DNA of 63,830 nucleotides, the filler included, from Rozella allomycis CSF55 (Eukaryota), in the NCBI GenBank assembly GCA_000442015.1. It is 14 parts of 14 records of this genome, joined end to end, with 100 filler letters (N's around TTAATTAATTAA, not from the genome) between each part and the next. Parts side by side here need not be neighbours in the genome. Positions count along the whole stretch, not along the records: positions 46,839 to 55,797 come from KE560560.1; positions 55,898 to 58,219 come from KE560561.1; positions 58,320 to 59,503 come from KE560566.1; positions 59,604 to 61,233 come from KE560570.1; positions 61,334 to 62,647 come from KE560572.1; positions 62,748 to 63,830 come from KE560574.1; 8 more parts are not named here. One strand, written 5' to 3'. Of this stretch, positions 52,301 through 63,830 are shown one piece after another. How positions within the stretch are numbered: position 1 is the stretch's first letter; each line of letters begins with the position of its first letter. The position numbers and the translations under genes were made by a program. The notes beneath the pieces are model-generated. The model did no database searches. It saw nothing but the letters and a program-made list of their open reading frames with translations, and had not been told where the DNA came from.

Positions 52301-54862
52301 TCATCCTCTTCTTTTTGTAGATATCTAGTTCTTCAGTCAAGTTCTTTATAGATTCCTGCATTGTGAAAAAATTATTAAAGATACTTGAAGCTCTAGGTTC
52401 TTTGTCATATTTTCTTCTACTAGTAACTGAAGTTTTTTATTAGCCTCTGTGAGATTATGTTCTTGGTTGTTTGCCAAAGTTGCTTTTTTCAAGAACTTTA
52501 GGCCCTGGCCCTATATTCCCCTAAATATTCAATTACCAAAGACGAGGTCGACGTATTTGGTGGAGGCGCTTCATTAATAACAATTGGAGTAGGTCCAGTG
52601 CTTTTAAGTAGTAATTCTTGAATTAATTTGGACTTTGCTTCATTGTCTTGTTTCAATAATAACACATTTTCTTCCATATTCTTCATCTTTATATTATTCT
52701 AAACAAACAATATACCTTTTCTATTAGCTTATATTTTTCACCCTGGACATCAGTAAGTTTGTTTAGCAATTGATGGAGGTCGGAAGCCGGATCCGGAGAC
52801 GATTTGGTTTGGTGTTCCTATATCAAGCGATTATAAGAAATTTTTTACAAATATAGATTCTATAATGCTATTTCGTTTATTTTTGTCCACTGAAATGGCG
52901 GAAATTGATGTGTTGCTTCCTAGATGTTCAGCATTTTGGATGGGAACACTGAAAGTTCTAGCTCTATCAGGAATTTTTTCATTAGCCTCTTTTTCCAATT
53001 GAATAATCTCTTTTTTCAAATCTTTAATCTTTTTATTTATTTTTTTCACGTTACTAATTGGTTAGTTCGCTTCTCGCTAATTTTGACATTTTCCTTTTGT
53101 TCATCGAGGGATTTTTGCAAAATTTCTAATGATTGCCTCGCTTGTAATAATTCATTTTCCTTTTCCTTCTGACTTTGGCCTAAACCTTCTATCACAACTT
53201 CCTTTTCTTTAAGGAGGGATTTTAAGTTGTTCAATTCATTGGAATAGTTAATTTTAGTTATTTCTAGCATTTCCTGAAGTTTTTTGAACTCTTCATCTTT
53301 CAATAAGATAGCTTTATTAAGTTCCTTAAGTTCATTTTCATTGTTATTAATTTTTTGATTTAAATCGTTGATCTATTCACAAGATAAAGAACAAATATGT
53401 ACTTTGCCTGTTCTATCTTGTATTTGATCGTTTAAATTGCTTATTTTTTGTTGATACTCTTTTTCTACTTGCTTTACCTTAAGTTCTGTTGTCGTTTGCA
53501 ATGATTCGGCTTCTTTAAGCAGAAGTTCAAGACCATTTTTATTACTTTCAAATTCATTAATCTTATTTTTCAAAGATGATATCATTATAGGATTAAAAAA
53601 ATGATTACTTCAGATTGAAATGAACTGCATTCAACTTGATGCTTCTGAGTTAACATCTCAGACTCTTTTTTTAAACTCTGAAGTTCAGAGTTTTTTAGTT
53701 CGTTGTCAATATTTAATTTGGAAATAGAGTTGTTCAAATTAGTTATTTCTTCCTCTGCTTGTTTTAACTTGTCAGTAGCATCTTTAAGTCGAGAATTTAA
53801 TTCTAAATGAATAGCACTTAAGCTATTTTTGCTATTTTCTAATTCAGTCTTATCTAATTTATCAGTTTCCTTATAATTCGTAGTATATTCGCTTACTTCA
53901 CGCTTTTTAAGCACGTCAAGTTGCAATTTCAACTCACGTAATGCGTCGTTATCTTTTTTAGATCTTATTTCCCACTCATTTTCTTTATTCTTAATATTAT
54001 TTTGGTATTCTTTTAACGAATTTGTTAACTCTGATATCTTGACATTCTTCACATTTGTTTGATTTGATAAATCCTCCAAATCCGATTTAAGCTTTTCTAT
54101 ATTCAAATCTTTTTCATTGATTTTATTTTTGAGCTGATGTATGTAATCTGTATTCATCATATAGCCCTTCTTTAGTATATCTCGAATTAAATCCATAGGA
54201 TTTTCGTTGACATTGAGAACATCATTGTTTCCGTTCGGAAACGTATTTAAATTAGAAAAACTCGATACTATTTTTTCAATCTTTTCTACAATCTCTTTCT
54301 CGTTGGCTGGACTCATTTCTGAATGATCATGGTATGTTCCTTGACTTGTTTGATTCTCTGATTGATGAACTAGAGAAGTCAGCTAAATATAAAATAAACC
54401 AAATATACTACTTTGACGGACTTTGAATCATCCAACTTTGAATTACCAAACACGGGTTCATTGCTGATGTCGAATGATATCAATGACGCAGTTTCGTGAA
54501 TAGATTCTTTATCTTTGGGGTATCCCGATTGCTGAATTTTAGACGTTGAAACATTTGAAACAACAGCCGCGGTCTTTGCTTTTACCTTGCCCATAAACCC
54601 TTTGCTTACAACAAGAACAATTTTTACCAGTAAATGCTTCCTTAATATTAGCCTGTGAACTATTAGGAATGATTGAACCTTCTAGTAATGACTCTTTTGA
54701 TCTTCCAAAAGAATGAAGTCTTTCTATTTCTTTTCAGTGCATAAACATTTTCTTACCTAATTTCATTTTTTTCTCCCTTTCTTTCAGTTCATGATTTTCT
54801 GTTTTTAAATCAACCAATTTTTCTTGCAGTTGTTGAAATTCTTCAATCGAAATGCCAGACAT
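52301..54862 (-). CDS. GRIPAP1: GRIP1-associated protein 1-like long coiled coil
   Basis: N-terminus ISIEEFQQLQEKLVDLKTENHEL and C-terminus LTEANKKLQLLVEENMTKNLELQ match the GRIPAP1 ends; about ten introns. Confidence 0.75.
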
Positions 54863-55005
54863 GTTTAATTGTTGCTATGGTCGAAGCTGTAGGTAGATTC
54901 CTTATTCGATTAAAAAATAGTCCGCAAAAATACATTCGAATAAAATTGTCCCCAGCCCACCCCAAATTTTACCCATAAAATACATTCCTTCAGCACTAAA
55001 TTAAC

Positions 55006-55788
55006 TTAACCCAATTTATTTAATTGATCTACCATCTCTTGCCTTTTCAGTTGAAGAGGATCCAGGCATTTCATATTTATCAGCTGGGCTGAAGGGTCAA
55101 GACAACCAACACATTTAAAATCATCAGAGTAGCCAGCACACCCCGTGACAACTTTATTGTTAGGAATGCATCCGTTGGTCATATTTTGATCTGCCAATAT
55201 TCCCAATTGACTCCCTGACTTACATGATTTGCATTTTGAACGAAGATCTGCTCTGGGAACGTCATATGAATCACAAAATGGGATCTCATGTAGCTTACAT
55301 ATAACTCTTCCATACATATTAATGGTGGGAATGATTCCAGGGGAGGCACTTGTGACTGGTTTGCAGGCTTTACACAAACCTTTTTCATTGTTTTCCCCGT
55401 CGTAAAAGTAGCAAAGAGGATCAAAATATATTTCGGGTATGCATATCTGAGACAAAGCGGTTGTTGATAAGACGTTTTTGTATCCCTTTTCACATTGTTT
55501 GCAAATGGCAACCCCAGAGGAATTGTATGTTGCTTGACCAGGTAAGCAACGAGAGATAAAGGCCATTTTCGCTCCACCAATGTAAGGCACTTCAGATGTA
55601 ACAGATGGAATATTCCTTATTGCATAGTTTTGAGATATCTCGGCGCTTTCTAAACTTGAACCTGGTGTATACATTGGTATGTCTCCACTATTATTTCGTG
55701 AATAAATATTTGTAATAGGAATAGCTAAAGTAAAAGCAGCAAAAATGTTGGCTAAAATATACATTTTTACAACTCCTAGATGTTTCAT
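55006..55788 (-). CDS. Secreted cysteine-rich (CxxC repeat) protein
   Basis: Hydrophobic N-terminus; repeated CKQC, CKAC, CKSC, CVGC; intronless. Confidence 0.7.
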   Translation of the reverse strand: MKHLGVVKMYILANIFAAFTLAIPITNIYSRNNSGDIPMYTPGSSLESAEISQNYAIRNIPSVTSEVPYIGGAKMAFISRCLPGQATYNSSGVAICKQCEKGYKNVLSTTALSQICIPEIYFDPLCYFYDGENNEKGLCKACKPVTSASPGIIPTINMYGRVICKLHEIPFCDSYDVPRADLRSKCKSCKSGSQLGILADQNMTNGCIPNNKVVTGCAGYSDDFKCVGCLDPSAQLINMKCLDPLQLKRQEMVDQLNKLG

Positions 55789-57700
55789 ATTATGTATNNN
55801 NNNNNNNNNNNNNNNNNNNNNNNNNNNNNNNNNNNNNNNNNTTAATTAATTAANNNNNNNNNNNNNNNNNNNNNNNNNNNNNNNNNNNNNNNNNNNNTCA
55901 GGGCTTTGGCAGACGTACAAAGTGACGTTCAACGCTTAGGCTGCACGATCATACTCATCACGATAGCATGACAATGCAAACCTCATTCGCAGTTTTTAAA
56001 ATCGGCAACGATAACAACAATGGCATTTAATGTCGTTGTCGGTTTGGATACTTTACCAAAGCTAAAAACAAGTTTTAGAGGCTTATGCACGTTCTTCGAC
56101 CGTGGGGCAATAACTGAGCGCAATGATGAAAAACGTTTTGTGTTGCCTCCCCCGGGACTAACGGTCAATTTTGAATGCACCCGTAGCACGCACGACGTTC
56201 GTTGGGCAGCCCAGGCACTTGTCAAACTTCAATTTCATAAAGAGGATTATCCATGCTACACGAAAATATTTATGCTTAGTTACTATGCATATTTAGTCAC
56301 ACGAACAATTCAAACGCATATTTGTAACTTGGGTTTCGATAAAGGACTTTGATAGTCTACATCATTATTGAAAACCTCGCCATCTTGATCACAACCAAAA
56401 ACCTTTTATGGGTCGCATTAAAACGTTTTACAACAAATATAATATTCCAGAATTGCCCCTCTCTAATTTTGATCGCACCCACACAGTTGGAAAATACGCG
56501 CACGTTGTGTAGACACACAACGGATTTATTAAAAGTGAAAGGGGGTAAACTCATACAACTCAAAACAATAATTTAAGAACTATATTTAACATAGTCCGAA
56601 TCAAATACATTCCTCCGTTTATAGGAATAAAATACAACAAGGGACAAAGTGTTGATATCGGGCCAACAGCATCGGTTTATAGCCGCAACAAAAGATAGCA
56701 ACCCGTCCTGAAGGATGAGAATGTTGCCTGCCATACCAATACCCAATACCAAAATACAATACCAATACACAATGCAAAATACTGTATTAAACACTTCTAA
56801 GCTTCAATAAGCTTCAAGGATTGGTGAAACCAATCCAAAGTTTCTGAAAAAATAATCAATACTAGCATCACTATTCTTAATGCCTATACCATTGCAGACT
56901 CTGCGGAAATTACATGTTCTTAAATTATTACTAAAAGTATTTCTTACTTCCTATTGGAATGGATGCACATGTCGACTCGAAATGAAATAGTCATATGAGT
57001 CATAAGAGCTAGGTGTTGAGTCTGCGATCTTCATTACCTAAAGCACGTATATAATTACAGTGAACACATGCACCTTTCACACGAAATAATCTCCTTCAAA
57101 AGAGTGCGAAATTAACGCTGATGAATCACGATCATTAAATTATTGAGTGTTTTGTATTACTTAAATAATAGTAAGAAGAAATAATCAATCAATACATTAA
57201 AACAAACACATCTATTTTTTAAGAGAGTTATGCGCTATAATAGTGACATGATTTCCGGAAGCTCTCTTCGTTTTAGCAAGTTAGTACACCAATCTTTGGT
57301 CACACTTCTTCCATAAGCCACTGCAACTAATTCAAATCATGCCAAAACACTCGTTACTAATCTCCACTCTTTTCCTTTTTAAGTGTTATTGAGTTTTGCA
57401 TATTAATTGAATAATAATATAAAAAAACACAATCCATAAAGCAAAACACATTCATTATTTTTAAGAGCACAGGATCAAGCAATTACTAAGGTTAGCCAGA
57501 CCTTATAACATTTACCTGTGGGATTAGATGTGATTTTAAATTTATTTACAGGGTGCATTCAGGCCCTTGGGCCGAATTTATACTCTTACGGGAATTCCGA
57601 AATTTCAGATTCTGTAGGTGCTGCAACTCCAACCCTCGGAATTTTGAAAAGACCATCTAAAGGTTATAAGTTATTTTAAATTAAAGTGTGGGTTTTACCG

Positions 57701-57927
57701 GAATACTATTGTTTGAATGAAAAGAGATGTGTTTTTAAATGTCATCCAGAAAAAGATCAAAATATCGCATTTTGTTTAATAGTTAAAAATGGATTTAATC
57801 AGAATGAGGCATATTTTTATGAAATTCTAAAAGAAAGCCGTTTTATTCCGAAATTGGGTGCGATATTTTGATCTTTTTCTTGATGGCATTTAAAAACACA
57901 TCTCTTTTCATTCAAACAATAGTATTC
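57701..57927. repeat. 69-bp inverted repeat with 89-bp spacer
   Basis: 57701-57769 is the reverse complement of 57859-57927 with two mismatches. Confidence 0.9.
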
Positions 57928-58384
57928 AAAGATTACAACTTTGTTCTTTGCTGCAAACTTAGATGCGACAGAATTAGAAAAGAATAAGAGAAAATGAACG
58001 TCGAACCCAGAATACAAGTTAGATAATATTCCTCTGCCATTTTCGGGCGTATTTGAATTAGATCCACTTCTATTCGCATTCAACTTATTTGATTCTTGCC
58101 CTCTTTTAGGGATTTTCGTTATTTTTATTCTTCTTCCAGAATTTTGATTATATGAAGATAAATTTTCAAGGTATTGATTGGCCTCAATCTTAATCTTCCC
58201 TATCCCATGAATTAATTTCNNNNNNNNNNNNNNNNNNNNNNNNNNNNNNNNNNNNNNNNNNNNTTAATTAATTAANNNNNNNNNNNNNNNNNNNNNNNNN
58301 NNNNNNNNNNNNNNNNNNNGTCTTGTTAACTCAGTTTGTTAACAACTTCTTATTCTTCTTACACTTTAACAAGACTAACACAAC

Positions 58385-59503
58385 ATGAATACATCCCCAA
58401 GTAACTCTAGTCAACAAGCACCTGTCCCAAGTACCCTTGAAAACCAAATGAATTTGCAGACTCAGTCGCTTGATCAACTCATTGCTACTCTCGACCAGCA
58501 CCATGACTCTCGACCAACCAAAGTCGCTGAGTCTGAAGCGTTTCACGGTGATGCAAGAAAGGTATCTGCATTTTTACGTCAAGTCCAATTTGTGTTTGAA
58601 ATGCAGAAGTCTCAATACTCCACAAATCGCAAGAAAATCATTTACACGTCCTCCTACCTCCGTGGTCCTGCAGCTAAGTGGCTGGATTCTTTTTGGCCTA
58701 CCTTTGATGAACATTCGACTTACATGGATTGTGTCACTCAATTGAAACGGCAATTCGGTCTCAGAGAAACAAAAGCCTCTGTACAACGTGAAATCATGAC
58801 CCTGAAACAAGGAAGAAGATTTATTGCTGAATTGCTCGCAGAGTTCCAACGTCTCGCTCCACTCTCTGGCTTTAATGATGAAGCGATGAAAGCTTTTGTG
58901 TATCAATCCTTGAACACTGGTTTTTTAGAACACTATGCAATATTTTACTGAACCTGAAAATCTCAAAGAATTCTATGATCTCCTTTTGACAATGATGAAA
59001 GAAAGCATAGGAATGAGATGTTTCTAATTTATCAGCACGCAATTCCCCAAAATCCACAGCCACCAAGAAATCATTCTCCAGAACCCGTTCCCATGTTACT
59101 TGATGGAACCCAGAAACTCACCCCAGCTGAACGAGAACAATTAAAAGTTGATGGACGTTGCTTTAAATGCCGCAAGCGCGGTCATGTTGCCAAACAGTGT
59201 CCAACCAAATTCATAAAGAATGATTTGAAGTATTCTTAGTTTCAACAGTTTATTTATTTAAGTGATCATTTAAATCAAAACAATCATTTAGTTCTTGATG
59301 TTGAAATTAAAGGAATTAAGACACAAGCATTGATTGATTCTGGTGCATCCTCTTCTTTCATTGATGCATATTTTATATCCAAGCACCAAATTCCCATGAC
59401 GAAGAAACCTATACCCGAGAAAGCTGAAACTATTGATGGTAAACCATTGATGTCAGGAAGTATAACAAATCATTGCAAAGATGTACCGTTGAACTTAAAT
59501 GGA
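58385..59503 (+). mobile_element. Ty3/Gypsy LTR retrotransposon gag-protease, frameshifted, truncated
   Basis: AFHGD..FLRQ, SYLRGPAAKW, LKQG, PVPMLLD, zinc knuckle CFKCRKRGHVAKQC, protease ALIDSGASSSFID; two frameshifts near 58930-59000. Confidence 0.92.
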
Positions 59504-59616
59504 NNNNNNNNNNNNNNNNNNNNNNNNNNNNNNNNNNNNNNNNNNNNTTAATTAATTAANNNNNNNNNNNNNNNNNNNNNNNNNNNNNNNNNNNNNNNNN
59601 NNNTTTTTTATTTCTG

Positions 59617-60649
<1,033 letters not shown>

Positions 60650-60739
60650 TTTTATCAAAATATTTGGGTGGCTTGGTTGTTGGTTTGGAGGAGGTTGCTG
60701 ATATTTAATTATAAATAATAAGGATATGCAAATAATTTA

Positions 60740-61219
60740 TTAACTGTTGGTGGAATTTTTGGGCTGGCAATCACAAGCATCCTCTTGAAAATCTTCAAAC
60801 AGATATTTCGCATACAGCTGCACAGCATTGATAAAAGATTTCCTAACAACGGTACATTGCGACTCTTGAAAAGACGACAAAGTCTCATTTGCGCATTCCT
60901 TTTCCATGCAGTTGTCAAACTTTGTATCGCATTCTTTCAAGGTCGTGCCGCAAGTGCCGTAGCATTCGTCATGGTGATAGCAGCATTCATTGAAAAAGGT
61001 TGAATTGNAGCAGCATTCATTGAAAAAGGTTGAATTGACGGTAATGTTGAAGGTGTTGGGACCGCAGTATTCTTGGGTTTTGTTGTATGACTGCGTTTGG
61101 TTGATTGCGACGCGCACTTGGTCGGGTGGACAGGTGTATTCCCAGCGGTCGTTTACAGAATCTATGCATACTACTAGACTTAGGAAGGTTAATGTGCTCG
61201 CAAAGTGGAATGCCTTCAT
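60740..61219 (-). CDS. Secreted phospholipase A2, group XII-like
   Basis: Signal peptide, YCGP, ECCYHHDECYGTCG, CDTKFDNCM; short duplication at n61008. Confidence 0.8.
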   Translation of the reverse strand: MKAFHFASTLTFLSLVVCIDSVNDRWEYTCPPDQVRVAINQTQSYNKTQEYCGPNTFNITVNSTFFNECCXNSTFFNECCYHHDECYGTCGTTLKECDTKFDNCMEKECANETLSSFQESQCTVVRKSFINAVQLYAKYLFEDFQEDACDCQPKNSTNS

Positions 61220-61333
61220 TGTACGGTTGTTTTNNNNNNNNNNNNNNNNNNNNNNNNNNNNNNNNNNNNNNNNNNNNTTAATTAATTAANNNNNNNNNNN
61301 NNNNNNNNNNNNNNNNNNNNNNNNNNNNNNNNN

Positions 61334-62610
61334 TATGGTTAACGATAGGATCCAAAGGCGTATGTTGAATGTTTGTTAAAGACTTATCAAAAGTATGCAG
61401 GGGTGGTTGCAGAAACATTTAAAGGAGATTCAAAGTTTTCAGCATGTTTAGATAAATCTTGTAGAGAATTTATTAATAGAAATTCTGTTTGTGAAAATAG
61501 TTTAAAGTCACCAGAATTATTAGCGAGACATGCTGACAATTTGTTAAAGAAGGGTGGGAAGTATGAATCTTTGGATTTAGAAGAATCATTGAATCAAATT
61601 GTAAATTTCTGAAATTTGAATCTAAAAATAGATTACGATTTTTCGGTATATTGAAGATAAAGATGTTTTTCAAAAATTTTATTCTAAATTTCTTTCCAAA
61701 AGATTAGTTTATGGATTATCAATCTCTGAAGATAGTGAAGGTAGCATGATTTCAAAGCTCAAAGAATTATGTGGATTTGATTACACCCTAAAGTTGCAAA
61801 GAATGTTTACTGATGTTAATCTAAGCAAAGATTTCGACAAGGGTTTTCAAGATGTTTTCAAAAATTCAGATCTAAAAAGTATTTTTTATTTCATAGATTA
61901 AAATAGTGGATTTTTCTTCTTTAATTTTATCTACCAGTGCATGGCCACTTTCTGTCCCTTCTTGCAACTTCAATTGTCCAACAGAGTTGAAGAAGGCTAT
62001 TGATAAGATTACTGGTTATTACAACACAAAACATTCTGGAAGAAAATTAACGTGGCTTCACCAACATGCACGTGGAGAGATTAAAGCCTCTTTTCCAAAC
62101 TCTAAAATTCCTTACACTTTTCAAGTCTCAACTTATCAAATGGCAATTCTTTTATTATTTAATGATAAAGATGAAATTACTTTTGATGAAATAAAATCTG
62201 AAACCGCACTTTCGGATGATCTAATAAATGGAAATCTCTCAATCTTTCTAAAAGCAAAAATTTTAATTGAAAATAACGGAAAAATTAAATATAATTCCGA
62301 CTACAAGAGTAAAAAAGCTAAAATTAATCTAAACGTTCCAATCAAAACTGAACAGAAAATAGAGTCTGAAGAAACGCACAAAAATGTTGAAGAAGATCGA
62401 AAATTGTACATCCAAGCTGCCATTGTGAGAATAATGAAATCTAGAAAGAAATTAAAACACGTCAATTTAATGGAGCAAGTTATTTCCCAACTTCAATCTA
62501 GATTCAAACCTAAAATTACCGACATTAAAAAGTGTATTGATATTCTCTTGGACAAGGAATACATTGCTAGAGATGAAGTTGAAAAGGATGTCCTTGTCTA
62601 TGTTGCTTAA
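61334..62610 (+). CDS. CUL1: Cullin-1, C-terminal part
   Basis: [48 protein letters not shown] neddylation site. Confidence 0.92.
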
Positions 62611-62801
62611 ATAAATCTATTTTTATTAATTGATATTTGCAACATTTNNNNNNNNNNNNNNNNNNNNNNNNNNNNNNNNNNNNNNNNNNNNTTAATTAAT
62701 TAANNNNNNNNNNNNNNNNNNNNNNNNNNNNNNNNNNNNNNNNNNNNCAGATATTTACTTGAGGTCTTTTTCTCTCGCTAAATTAAGTGCGTTGACCTTG
62801 G

Positions 62802-63068
62802 CTAAAGAATATCCACTAAAAATGATAAATTATTGTTCCGGTACGCTATCGGAGAGTTTTTTGTGTAATTAAACACTTTGTCTTCATATTTCTGTGTTTG
62901 AACAGACAAGTTAACTCCGTTTCTAGGTTCACGCAAAATATCAAATCCATTGGCTGTTGGAAGATTCAATGATGCGAGGGTTCTTGGCAGAGATTGCTTT
63001 TTGTAAACATTATTGGTCTTTTTCGACCCAATGTTTTTCTTATCACGAGTGAATATTGAGGCCATCAT
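62802..63068 (-). CDS. Start of a hypothetical gene cut by the linker
   Basis: ATG-initiated ORF of about 88 codons downstream of an AT-rich region. Confidence 0.3.
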   Translation of the reverse strand: MMASIFTRDKKNIGSKKTNNVYKKQSLPRTLASLNLPTANGFDILREPRNGVNLSVQTQKYEDKVFNYTKNSPIAYRNNNLSFLVDIL

Positions 63069-63830
63069 TATTTGATAAACAAACAAAGCAATTTTGAGTG
63101 AACTGTAAAACTATCGGAAAGTATGAAACAAAATATGTTATATATGATATATTAAAATTTGAAACTAATAAAATAAAGTTCTACCGTCATCAAGTAAATG
63201 GTTAAATAAGAAATTCACTGGTCCCCTTTGTATAGGTTAAACATATTAAATCATGAGATTAAATAATAGCTCTTTGAATTACAATGGACTAATGAAGTTC
63301 TCGAATGATCCATATATTACCCCAAAGTACAATCAGCATTTGACGATAGAAGAACAATTTAATCATTAAATTTTTTTTTAATTATTATAGATCTTTTTAA
63401 ATTATTAAAAAATAGGTTAAGATATCAGACACCTGACACATAAATGGAATCACCAATGAGGATGGAAATACGGTCAATCGTACTATCCTACGGAATATCA
63501 TTTGTCTTTACAAAATATAGAATTCAATATATTTTTTACATTTTTTGTTCTATATTCATGAAACCTTCAAGAAAAATTTGTCGGAGAATTAGGTTGTTGC
63601 CCTGATCAACTCAGAATACTAATTAATCAATAAAAAAATTGATATATTTTAAAAAAATTGGAATACAAAGATAGTGGCAAACAAAGTTTGATGATTATAA
63701 AATAGAAGTATCAGCAATTCTATCAATTAATAACGTTAAGCTTCTGGGTATCTTATCTGATCATCTTTATGATATATATAGTCGTTCCCGAAAAGCTAGA
63801 CCAAATGGTTCTCAGTGATCCCTTTGAAAC

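Noticed and set aside
55898-57200. Possible hAT transposase remnant (VRVFS)
   Set aside because: One weak motif, no terminal repeats seen.

Overview
This is eukaryotic, AT-rich, very gene-dense DNA. It is not one locus: 14 unrelated contigs are joined by 13 artificial 100-nt linkers (N44-TTAATTAATTAA-N44), with one real scaffold gap (~18587-18662) and about 19 single-'n' joints, most flanked by near-identical duplicated sequence (probably unmerged haplotypes). Gene content suggests a flagellated early-diverging fungus such as Rozella (Cryptomycota); this is inference, not a database result. Fungal-type genes (Ste12 with C2H2 fingers, Itc1, Sec9) sit alongside flagellar/centriolar genes (MNS1, PLK4) and genes usually thought of as animal (Ki-67-like, GRIPAP1, GPS2-like, MCFD2-like). 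Most genes are split by tiny introns (about 90 parsed by hand, 26-33 nt), so the ORF track shows only fragments. Also present: two identical tRNA-Phe(GAA) genes, Gypsy/Copia remnants and Crinkler-like effector modules. The main observations are (1) an apparent length-ruler splicing regime with five candidate GT-TG introns, best supported in TDP1 by catalytic-motif spacing, plus a back-to-back 26+26-nt double intron in DIM1; (2) a Ki-67/Repo-Man-like gene (FHA + PP1-binding motif + AT-hooks); (3) overlapping or abutting same-strand PLK4 and BET3 coding sequences. All gene models and homology calls were made by eye and need RNA-seq and HMM confirmation.
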